This document shows positions 16,390 through 23,478 of a DNA stretch of 23,478 nucleotides, in pieces. Position numbers and translations under genes: made by a program. The DNA lies in contig JBMSQQ010000056.1 in NCBI GenBank assembly GCA_049423385.1, positions 1 to 23,478 on the forward strand, given 5' to 3'. The stretch comes from Silvanigrellaceae bacterium. GTDB taxonomy: Bacteria; Bdellovibrionota_B; Oligoflexia; Silvanigrellales; Silvanigrellaceae. A model generated the notes under the pieces. It had not been told where the DNA came from. It saw nothing but the letters and a program-made list of their open reading frames with translations, and ran no database searches. Every line of letters begins with the position of its first letter. The first letter of the stretch is position 1.

Positions 16390-17465
16390 GCATTCAACGC
16401 AACTTCACCCCCCTGGGAATCTTCCTTCTTTGCACCTTCCGATCGGTTGCGTTCTGTGGAGTGGATGAAAAAAAAGCGACCTGGGGAAAAGCCCTTTTCT
16501 TCGAACCACGTCTTTCTGCCAACGGAAAAATCTCGTGCGCCACCTGCCACGACCCCCAGCGTGCTTTCACCGAAAACAAAGCCAGCTCTGTAGATATTGA
16601 AGGGCGACCTGTTCATCGGAATTCACCAACCCTCATCAACGCCGCGCACATGGACGTTTTGACCTGGGCCAACCCGGTGCTGCGCAAATTGGAAAACCAA
16701 ATCATCGTTCCTTTGTTTCTCGACACTCCAGGCGAAATGGCATTGATTCGGGTGTGGCCAAAGGTGCGTGCTGAAGTTCTCGAAAAATCGCCACACATTG
16801 ATATGTTCCGCGCGGCTTTTCCGGAAGACAAAGGCTCACCCGACACACGTCACCTGTTCTCGGCATTGGCCGAGTATGTGCGCACGCTTGTGGCATTCGA
16901 CAGCCCCTATGACCTGTTTCTTGCCGGCAACAAAAAAGCAATGTCGGCTGAAGCGCAAAAAGGACGTGAACTGTTCTATTCAAAACGAACCAGCTGTGGC
17001 GAATGCCATTCGGGAGTTCTTTTGAGCAATGCCGCAAAGCCCGAATTCCTCAACAGCAAAGACCCCTTGAGCCTTGCGCCCGCAAAAGACAGGCAGGGTA
17101 AAATACTCCAATTTGCTCACAACGGACTCTACAACTGGGACAAAAAAGGCGGCGCACCGGAAAAAGGCGAAGGTCTTTACGAGTTCACACACAAGCCCGA
17201 AGACCGGGGTGTCTTCCGCATTCCGCCGCTGCGCAACGTGGCCCAAACTCCGCCCTATATGCACGATGGAAGTATTGCCACGCTTGAGGAGGTTGTTGAG
17301 CACTACAGTCGCGGAGGGCTCAACAAATGCGCCGCAGGAATATCTTGTGGTTCCGCTCCGCAAAAGAATTCGCTCATTCGCCCTCTCAAACTGACCAAGC
17401 CTGAAAAGAGAGCGTTGGTGGAATTCCTGCGTTCATTGTCGACATCTGCTCCGAGCGGGAAATAA
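16386..17465 (+). CDS. mbnH: MbnH family di-haem enzyme (MauG / cytochrome c peroxidase superfamily)
   Basis: G-x-x-LFF-x-x-RLS-x-NG-x-x-SCATCH (16536-16550), RNSPTL-x-N, LTWANP, CGECHSG (16995-17009) and FR-x-P-x-LRNV-x-x-T-x-PYMHDGS. The GTG start overlaps the mbnP stop (GTGA). Confidence 0.9.
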   Translation: MSIQRNFTPLGIFLLCTFRSVAFCGVDEKKATWGKALFFEPRLSANGKISCATCHDPQRAFTENKASSVDIEGRPVHRNSPTLINAAHMDVLTWANPVLRKLENQIIVPLFLDTPGEMALIRVWPKVRAEVLEKSPHIDMFRAAFPEDKGSPDTRHLFSALAEYVRTLVAFDSPYDLFLAGNKKAMSAEAQKGRELFYSKRTSCGECHSGVLLSNAAKPEFLNSKDPLSLAPAKDRQGKILQFAHNGLYNWDKKGGAPEKGEGLYEFTHKPEDRGVFRIPPLRNVAQTPPYMHDGSIATLEEVVEHYSRGGLNKCAAGISCGSAPQKNSLIRPLKLTKPEKRALVEFLRSLSTSAPSGK

Positions 17466-17513
17466 TCCGACTCAATCAACTTCAGCGAGTCTTGAGCCAA
17501 GAGTTGTTGTCAC

Positions 17514-19394
17514 TCAAATCTTTAGAATCATCATTCTCGGCGAGAGGCACTTGCGGATGTCTTCCTGGAGCTTGCGGAATTCTGGCGATCTGAGTTCGGC
17601 GATGGAAATATATTGGGTCGCTCGTTCTGTTCGTGTCTCAACAATCAGCGCACCATTGATCAACTCGTATGTTCTGGTCGATGTCATCCACGGAGAAGAA
17701 ACCGTGCAGTTGGATGGTGTGCTGCCAATGAAATTTCCGGCATCAAGACGGGTGCGATGAATAAAGGTTTCAGGTTCGGAAAGATTCAAACCCAACACCA
17801 TGCTTTCGGGTTTGATGTTCAGATATTTTTCGAGATCGCCAGAAATAAGCTTGCCGTATCCCGCAGAGGTCCACGTCAGCTGTTCGAAAACGGACATGTC
17901 AACCGTGAAACGCAGCGGACGGACAACGTCTCCGGAAACATCGGGAAGAAGAACCTTGCTCGACAAGATACGCCGACCTTCGGAAAAAATCTTTTCAAGC
18001 AATTCAACCCTCTGCTTCTCGCTTCGCTTCTTCAAGGTGGGAAAGAGCGAAGCCGAATGAACGTCGGAAAGGTAAAATGTTGCCTTCAAATCCGATTCCG
18101 AAGCTGATCTCACTTTTTGGCTCACATCGAATTCGACTATCCGATCCGATGGCACAATTTTTGGAGTCCGCTCGATGGGGTCCTTCCCGGAGTCACGCAA
18201 CACCATTGCGGGTCTGTCGGCAATATCCGGCCACTTTCCGCCAGAGAATGCAACGCTGTTGGTCGGATCCAGCCAATACACGCTGCCATTTTTGTCTTCC
18301 GCCCGCACGACCATGTGATTGAAATAACTCACAGTGGGAAGTTGCATCGGAACAAATTCCGGATCCCCGCGTTCAATGCCCGCGAGCTCGACCTTGTAGC
18401 CCAGATTCTTCAGCATGATTGCCAAAAGATATGAAAAATCTTTGCAGTCTCCGAACTTGTTCTTGATGATTTCTGCTAGACTCCGTGGATAATATCCGTT
18501 TTCGGTCACACGCCAATCACCCATGTAGCGAAAATCCTGAAGTATGAAGGTATGGAGTACATTCGCCTGTGCGAGGAGTCCGTTTGCCTTTCGAGCCATT
18601 TCCAAAGGCTTTGCCAGTTCCATCGGCAACGGTGCATCCATCAGGCTCTTGATTCGGGGCAACATGCGCTGCACCAATGTGTTCCAGGATTCCTCGCTTG
18701 AGATTTGCACAAGCGGTTGAATCTGGGTCCCGCTCCAGCTTTCGAATGGAGCACGTTCGTCGGTTTCAGAAAAATAGACGTCCCGGTTCAAGGTGAACTC
18801 AAGTCTTTTGCCAGACCGGCGAACGTCAACATGATCCTCAGCACCTGAAATCAAATAGCGTAAGGGAAGCTCGCTGTTCACAACAAGAGTCTGGCCCTTT
18901 TTTGTCATTTGGTAGCCGTAGTACTTTCGAAAAAAGAAGTGGCCTTCCACAGGCCTGTGGACAACGTTTCTCTTTTCCTCGATTGAAAGAACACTTCCCA
19001 CCGAAATCTCGGGAAATGCGATCATCACACGGTGCTCTGAATTGAACCCTGCAGTTCCCGACGACACCGGCTTGTCTTCGATGTATTTTTTATCGACTGC
19101 GATTCGTTTGTCCCCGTTGATGACAAAAGCAGATATTTTTTCAAGCTTCGTTGAATCCGCATCGTAGTTGAAGTCATAGGTCGCATACTGGGAAATTCCA
19201 TTCTTGGTGAGAATGCGGATGTTCCACTTGCGATAATATGTGTAGGTTCCGTCCCTGTGGACATTGATTTCTATTTTTTCGCCAAATGTCTCGGTATCTG
19301 CTTCATCGTGGGTCTTCCAGCGGGCCTCGGCCGAAAATGAACCAAAAGTCACAAGCAAAACGATCAGACTCGCAATGGAAAGCAACGCTTTCAT
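17514..19394 (-). CDS. DUF3857 plus transglutaminase-like domain secreted protein
   Basis: Signal peptide, DUF3857-like N-terminus (I-x-FP-x-x-x-VGS) and triad motifs GDCKD, FNH-x-V and WLDPT. GGGGTGG lies upstream of ATG 19394. Confidence 0.88.
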   Translation of the reverse strand: MKALLSIASLIVLLVTFGSFSAEARWKTHDEADTETFGEKIEINVHRDGTYTYYRKWNIRILTKNGISQYATYDFNYDADSTKLEKISAFVINGDKRIAVDKKYIEDKPVSSGTAGFNSEHRVMIAFPEISVGSVLSIEEKRNVVHRPVEGHFFFRKYYGYQMTKKGQTLVVNSELPLRYLISGAEDHVDVRRSGKRLEFTLNRDVYFSETDERAPFESWSGTQIQPLVQISSEESWNTLVQRMLPRIKSLMDAPLPMELAKPLEMARKANGLLAQANVLHTFILQDFRYMGDWRVTENGYYPRSLAEIIKNKFGDCKDFSYLLAIMLKNLGYKVELAGIERGDPEFVPMQLPTVSYFNHMVVRAEDKNGSVYWLDPTNSVAFSGGKWPDIADRPAMVLRDSGKDPIERTPKIVPSDRIVEFDVSQKVRSASESDLKATFYLSDVHSASLFPTLKKRSEKQRVELLEKIFSEGRRILSSKVLLPDVSGDVVRPLRFTVDMSVFEQLTWTSAGYGKLISGDLEKYLNIKPESMVLGLNLSEPETFIHRTRLDAGNFIGSTPSNCTVSSPWMTSTRTYELINGALIVETRTERATQYISIAELRSPEFRKLQEDIRKCLSPRMMILKI

Positions 19395-19500
19395 TTTCCA
19401 CCCCCAAACAAGCACGTTCCATGATAGGTCCTCAGGCGGTCGGTTGCAGCCTTCATCGGTCGGGAAAACGACGCTTTGTGACGCATGAACATCGGGACTG

Positions 19501-19529
19501 AAAAAAACAGGCCGCAAAATTGCGGCCTG
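19501..19529 (-). terminator. Rho-independent terminator of the 19574-20035 gene
   Basis: 9 bp stem CAGGCCGCA/TGCGGCCTG with a 4 nt loop, followed on the minus strand by T7. Confidence 0.85.
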
Positions 19530-19573
19530 CCGGTGTGTTTTGGGGGCATGGAGTCGTGGGAATGACTCCTGAC

Positions 19574-20035
19574 TCAGCGGGTACGGATCAGAATCTTGCC
19601 AGCCGCGCAGTCAGCAACACTGTCTGTTTTGAGAGTGTTCACAAACCCGTGGATTCTAAAACTTCCGAGGGGCAGGGACGACACGCTGATACTCAGGCTT
19701 CCACTTGCCTCAGCGAGTTCGCCAGAGTCCCACGCAACCGCACCTGACGAGGCATCGACGAGCTTCACCCGATCGCCTTTTGTCATATTGAAGAAGCGGT
19801 AGCCAATCACCACAGAACCGCCCTGGGCCTTGGTATAGGTGAGCTGCGCCGGAGCAATCACCTGACAAGCATCGCGGCCCAATCCGAGTTCGCCATCGGC
19901 CGAGCTTGCGACTGCATCGGTTGCTGAATTTTGGTCTTGCTGGGCAAGGTTTTCGTTGAAAGATTGATTGTCTGTGCCGCAAGCCACGAGAGTCGAAACA
20001 ACCAAGGATGCTGCCAAGAGTGCGATGCTTTTCAT
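19574..20035 (-). CDS. Hypothetical lipoprotein (beta-rich C-terminal domain)
   Basis: MKS... signal peptide with lipobox LVACG, strong RBS AGGAGA, and its own terminator. Confidence 0.8.
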   Translation of the reverse strand: MKSIALLAASLVVSTLVACGTDNQSFNENLAQQDQNSATDAVASSADGELGLGRDACQVIAPAQLTYTKAQGGSVVIGYRFFNMTKGDRVKLVDASSGAVAWDSGELAEASGSLSISVSSLPLGSFRIHGFVNTLKTDSVADCAAGKILIRTR

Positions 20036-20322
20036 TAGAATCTCCTAGTTCCCGGGAGTGCTTCATTGCCTCCCATTATTCTTTTCGTCTTTTTTTTGTG
20101 CAACTTTAGATAAATCAGTAAATTTAATAAATACAGTAGTTTATGTCTTTTATTTGAGATTTTAGTAGTTATTTTTTGCACATGTATTAAGCATGCGTTG
20201 GAATTAGCAGATAGAGTTGGCGTCAGGTCCGTCAAAAGGTGTCGCGACAAGCTGCGAATGATTCCATTGAGGCCCGCTAATCTGCTCCAAGAGCAACGCC
20301 AACCTGCAAAGGAAATCTACTT

Positions 20323-21147
20323 ATGATGGGAGCCGTGTGTGGCGACGTGATTGGTTCGGTGTACGAATTCACCAAACGCAAGGGCAAGGATTTCGAGTTT
20401 TTCCATGCCGCAGCAAAGACAACCGACGACAGCTACCACACCATCGCCATGGCTGAAGCCATCCTCACCGGACAACCGTATGAAAAACTGCTGGTGGATT
20501 TCTTTTGGAAATATCCTGATGGCGGCTACGGCGGACGATTTTGGGATTGGGCCAAACTTGGCGGAGGCGCACCTTACAACAGCTTTGGCAACGGCGCTGC
20601 CATGCGTGTGAGTCCTGCGGCCTGGATCCACGACACACTTGAAGAAACGCTCTCAACTGCGGAAAAATACACCGCGGTGACCCACAATCATCCCGAAGGC
20701 ATCCGTGGAGCAAAGGCCATCGCCACTGCAATCTTTATGGCCCGCAACGGTTCGACTGCAGCCGAGATCCGAAAATTCATTCAAACAGAATACAAATATG
20801 ACTTGTCATTGAGTCTGGACGCAATGCGACCCACCGCCCGCTTTGATGAAACGTGTCAGGTCACGGTGCCACAGGCTCTGACGGCTGCTCTGGAGGCCAC
20901 GGATTTCAACGACGCACTGCGCAATGCCATTTCACTCGGAGCCGACTCCGATACGGTGGCGGCGATTGCGGGATCTGTTGCCGAGCCCCTCTTTGGAGGA
21001 ATTCCAGAAGAGACGTTGGCATTTGTATGGCAGAGGCTGAATGCAGAATTGAAAAAGATAGTTCTTAAGTTCGCAGAAAAATATCGCCTTGAGCATCTCA
21101 AAGCAATTCGAGCACAACCAGTCGATGTGCTTAAAATTCAATTGTGA
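20323..21147 (+). CDS. ADP-ribosylglycohydrolase (ARH/DraG family)
   Basis: Motifs GA-x-x-GD-x-x-GS, TDDS, SFGNGAAMRVSP, THNHP and G-x-DSDT-x-AAIAG. Confidence 0.93.
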   Translation: MMGAVCGDVIGSVYEFTKRKGKDFEFFHAAAKTTDDSYHTIAMAEAILTGQPYEKLLVDFFWKYPDGGYGGRFWDWAKLGGGAPYNSFGNGAAMRVSPAAWIHDTLEETLSTAEKYTAVTHNHPEGIRGAKAIATAIFMARNGSTAAEIRKFIQTEYKYDLSLSLDAMRPTARFDETCQVTVPQALTAALEATDFNDALRNAISLGADSDTVAAIAGSVAEPLFGGIPEETLAFVWQRLNAELKKIVLKFAEKYRLEHLKAIRAQPVDVLKIQL

Positions 21148-21185
21148 GTAAAATGAGCGAAATGGAGAAGTGCTCTGTGAACGGG

Positions 21186-21270
21186 AGCCTCCCCCAGACC
21201 TAAAGGTCAAGGGAGTTGATTGTCTGAGGGAGGCTAATAACGACGGGGCAATTCCAAGGAAGGGCCCCGT
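21186..21270. other. Tandem GC-rich stem-loops between convergent genes (terminator or structured element)
   Basis: Stem 1 pairs 21186-21199 with 21222-21235 (13 of 14 pairs). Stem 2 pairs ACGGGGC (21243-21249) with GCCCCGT (21264-21270). Confidence 0.6.
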
Positions 21271-21288
21271 GAATAGAATACGTTCAAC

Positions 21289-21876
21289 TCAAAGCCGATA
21301 GTTGACTGTAACCGCCGGCCGCAGCGACTGCGACGAAACCCCAGCCGCAAAAAACTCAACCTGTTTTGCAGAGCTCGTGGAGCCGATCAAATTGAGGCTG
21401 TATTCGATTCCCAGATTCATGGACACCGCCGCACCGCCGAAGTTCAATCCGGGCTGAACGGCAATCGTCCAGAACCCGTCGCGTCCCAATGATGCGCTCG
21501 CCTCGGAATAACGCAGCAAGACGTCGCTGTAGGCGCGCAACACCGGCGAATCTTGCGGAGGAACTTCGCTACCGAAAGGGCGGTCGCGAAATGTCAGGCC
21601 CACGGCATAAGCCGTGGTGTGGTAGTCCTTCTCGGCACCGCGTGCGGACGCCGGAACGTTCTGCAGGTCCAGATAAAAGAAACCGCGAAGGTTGCTGCCG
21701 TAGGAAAGGCCAAAAGCTGTGCGGCTTGTGTCGGGCTCGGAAAGCTTCCACAGGATTTCGGTCGATGCAGCTGTGGTGGGTTTGGTTTCATTTGCCTTGT
21801 CTGCATCGGCGGCGAAGGCCTGGGCTGATGCAATGGACGACAATACGAGACTCGAAAGTATGAATTTGCTTTTCAT
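21289..21876 (-). CDS. Secreted protein, probable small outer-membrane beta-barrel
   Basis: Signal peptide ending AFA, alternating amphipathic strands, and a beta-signal-like C-terminus VTVNYRL. Starts 25 nt after the protease stop, with AAGGA upstream. Confidence 0.65.
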   Translation of the reverse strand: MKSKFILSSLVLSSIASAQAFAADADKANETKPTTAASTEILWKLSEPDTSRTAFGLSYGSNLRGFFYLDLQNVPASARGAEKDYHTTAYAVGLTFRDRPFGSEVPPQDSPVLRAYSDVLLRYSEASASLGRDGFWTIAVQPGLNFGGAAVSMNLGIEYSLNLIGSTSSAKQVEFFAAGVSSQSLRPAVTVNYRL

Positions 21877-21901
21877 GATGATGGATTCCTTTGGTTGAAA
21901 A

Positions 21902-22831
21902 TTATTTTGTGCAGGCATAAGCGATTTCGGTGATTTTCGCGATACTGACGCTGCACGCAGCAGCAACCAGAGTAATATTGACTGCGCAGATCCCTCCGGC
22001 GCTCACGGCTGTGCCCACGGTGCAGCCAGCCGGTAACAAATATGCATTTGCAGCGCAAATGGCATAGGCAACTGTGGGAACCGACATGTTCACGCCACAA
22101 ATTGAAATCGTGGATTGTCCGAAGTCCAGAACACCGCCACCACAGAACGGGTTGAGCGTGTGACACTCGGGTGAATAGGGAGTCCTTGTCACGTCTGCAG
22201 ATGGCGCATTCAGAAATGCAACGCCAAAATTGACGTTCTTGGATTCTTTCACTGTCGAGCCCAGATGGATGCCCACAACCTTGTTGTTTTGCAGAATGGG
22301 TGCACCAGAGGAACCTTGAATCGTGTCGTTTGAGTAATTCAACAAGGATGAAGATTCACTCTTTTGAAGATTTTCACCGCGTGCAGTTAAAAGTTTGCGC
22401 CGTTCGATTGAGAATGCGGTCACAGTGGTTTTGGAATTATCGTTGGCCACGGCAGATTCGAAATAGGAATCAATTCCGGTCACGGTGAGTTTTGCAACGT
22501 CTGCCTTGGCGAATTTCTGAATCGCCTGAATGGTTCTCTTTTGGTTGTGAATCGTGATGGTGTATTCGCTGGGCTGCGGTGCATCTGAAAAACAGTGGCC
22601 TGCTGTGGTGAGCTCATTTTTTCCCGAGGCAAAAACAGTACAGATGGGTTGTCCCTTGTAGTCGAGGGAGCCAATTCTGGAAAGAAGGTAAGAGCTGAGT
22701 TCTGTGGTTCTGTCGTCTTTCCCAATGATTGATTTTGAAACTGAATCTGGAGATTGCGGTGGTGTTCCGCAGGCAGACAACGCCAGACCGCCGAACAGTA
22801 TCAAACTCAAAACTTGAAATTTCTTCAGCAT
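21902..22831 (-). CDS. Trypsin-like (glutamyl-endopeptidase-type) serine protease lipoprotein with a Cys-rich hydrophobic C-terminal domain
   Basis: Lipobox LSAC. Motifs IIGKDDR, CT...TAGHC, DVA, DT-x-x-GSSGAP and VVGIH. The last 87 aa contain 8 Cys. Confidence 0.88.
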   Translation of the reverse strand: MLKKFQVLSLILFGGLALSACGTPPQSPDSVSKSIIGKDDRTTELSSYLLSRIGSLDYKGQPICTVFASGKNELTTAGHCFSDAPQPSEYTITIHNQKRTIQAIQKFAKADVAKLTVTGIDSYFESAVANDNSKTTVTAFSIERRKLLTARGENLQKSESSSLLNYSNDTIQGSSGAPILQNNKVVGIHLGSTVKESKNVNFGVAFLNAPSADVTRTPYSPECHTLNPFCGGGVLDFGQSTISICGVNMSVPTVAYAICAANAYLLPAGCTVGTAVSAGGICAVNITLVAAACSVSIAKITEIAYACTK

Positions 22832-22914
22832 GAAAAAGTTTCCTCTGAAAGGTGTTTCAAAAAAGGACACAATTGAAATGCGGATCTCGGAAATTCGATA
22901 TCCGGAGCACCTTT

Positions 22915-22930
22915 AGCAATCGTGATGCCA
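22915..22930 (-). promoter_or_regulatory. Sigma-54 (-24/-12) promoter for the protease operon
   Basis: The minus strand reads TGGCATCACGATTGCT (GG-N10-GC), about 85 bp upstream of ATG 22831. Confidence 0.7.
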
Positions 22931-23201
22931 AGAGTTTTCAGCCCGGAAAAAGTCAAATTTGCGCTATAAAATGTCGAATTTTTGAAAAACTGGCCTCAGG
23001 ACAACCAATCGCTGGCCGAGAATCAGCCAGCGCGGCCGGCGTGCAGTCAATGTGATCTGGCCCTAAAATCTTTCGTCAACCACACCCGATTTCAGGATTT
23101 TCGGGATGGATGCGGCAGATTCTCAACCAACAATCGATTCCAGTTGAATCAAATTTTCCAGATTTAACGAAATCATTTGCAACTCTTTCCAATCGAAACA
23201 C

Positions 23202-23217
23202 TGGCACGGCTGTTGCT
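23202..23217 (+). promoter_or_regulatory. Sigma-54 (-24/-12) promoter, divergent from the previous one
   Basis: TGGCACGGCTGTTGCT matches the consensus TGGCACG-N4-TTGCW. Confidence 0.78.
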
Positions 23218-23276
23218 CTGCGGTAAGTCACAAAAGTCTGTTCCCCAGAAGTCGAATCGAAATGAAGGAGTTCAAT

Positions 23277-23348
23277 ATGCAAAAAAGTTACAAACTCGTC
23301 GGTACATTGAGATTCGTTGTTTTCAAACATCAACACACACGTCATTGA
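23277..23348 (+). CDS. Candidate 23-aa small ORF (MQKSYKLVGTLRFVVFKHQHTRH)
   Basis: Strong RBS GAAGGAG (23264-23270) 6 nt before the ATG, just downstream of the sigma-54 site. No homology evidence. Confidence 0.35.
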   Translation: MQKSYKLVGTLRFVVFKHQHTRH

Positions 23349-23468
23349 CCAGGAATGGAGTGGCAATTCCAAATGCGACTGGTATCAGCCAGACTGCTAG
23401 GCTTGAAAAGAGCTCAACTGCAACACCCCTGTCATCACGATTTGCGGAAGTCACCCGGAGATAGCCTC

Positions 23469-23478
23469 ATGAAACATG
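23469..23478 (+). CDS. Probable start of a CDS running off the window (MKH...)
   Basis: GGAG at 23457-23460 followed by ATG AAA at 23469. Only three codons are visible. Confidence 0.35.

Noticed and set aside
14884..17465. Methanobactin biosynthetic gene cluster
   Set aside because: No mbnA precursor, mbnB/mbnC or TonB receptor is in the window, and mbnPH pairs are known to occur without methanobactin.
20323..21147. DraG/DraT nitrogenase switch, or toxin-antitoxin/anti-phage module
   Set aside because: No ADP-ribosyltransferase, nif or defence gene is adjacent. It looks like a stand-alone ARH.
23346..23348. Selenocysteine read-through of the in-frame TGA
   Set aside because: There is no recognisable SECIS hairpin or redox motif context, and the read-through product does not look protein-like.
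23076..23464. ORFs 23076-23372 (-) and 23177-23464 (+)
   Set aside because: They overlap the sigma-54 promoter region, have no convincing RBS and show no recognisable features.
1..23478. CRISPR array, tRNA/rRNA, transposase, integrase or prophage genes
   Set aside because: I saw no regularly spaced repeats, RNA-gene signatures or mobile-element motifs. The only sizeable repeat found is the two-copy promoter module.

Overview
Gene-dense bacterial chromosomal window (~50% GC) with about 22 CDSs and no rRNA, tRNA, CRISPR array or mobile element that I can recognise. The many secreted lipoproteins, the HAMP-protein type and a transglutaminase-elicitor homologue suggest Bdellovibrionota/Oligoflexia; this is inference only. 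In order: a DUF429 and DUF4256 pair; a minus-strand CHASE2 adenylate cyclase / SH3 / M48 peptidase operon; a HAMP membrane protein; a Rieske-flavodoxin fusion; three lipoprotein enzymes (agmatine/peptidylarginine deiminase-like, transglutaminase-elicitor-like, trypsin-like with a large insertion); a metal-handling cluster (ZrgA/DUF2796, YtkA/FixH-like, CxxC outer-membrane barrel, thioredoxin, MbnP, MbnH); a DUF3857 transglutaminase-like protein; a lipoprotein; an ADP-ribosylglycohydrolase; and a sigma-54-type operon encoding a serine protease with a Cys-patterned hydrophobic tail plus a probable beta-barrel. The strongest candidates for undescribed biology are: (1) MbnP fused to a di-haem cytochrome c domain next to MbnH; (2) a ~160 bp regulatory module duplicated in front of two genes of that metal cluster, with a palindromic operator and identical spacing to the start codon; (3) the protease with a symmetric-Cys, toxin-like tail; (4) a shared post-lipobox motif on tandem deiminase and transglutaminase lipoproteins. 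All family calls come from motif recognition by eye, with no database search.
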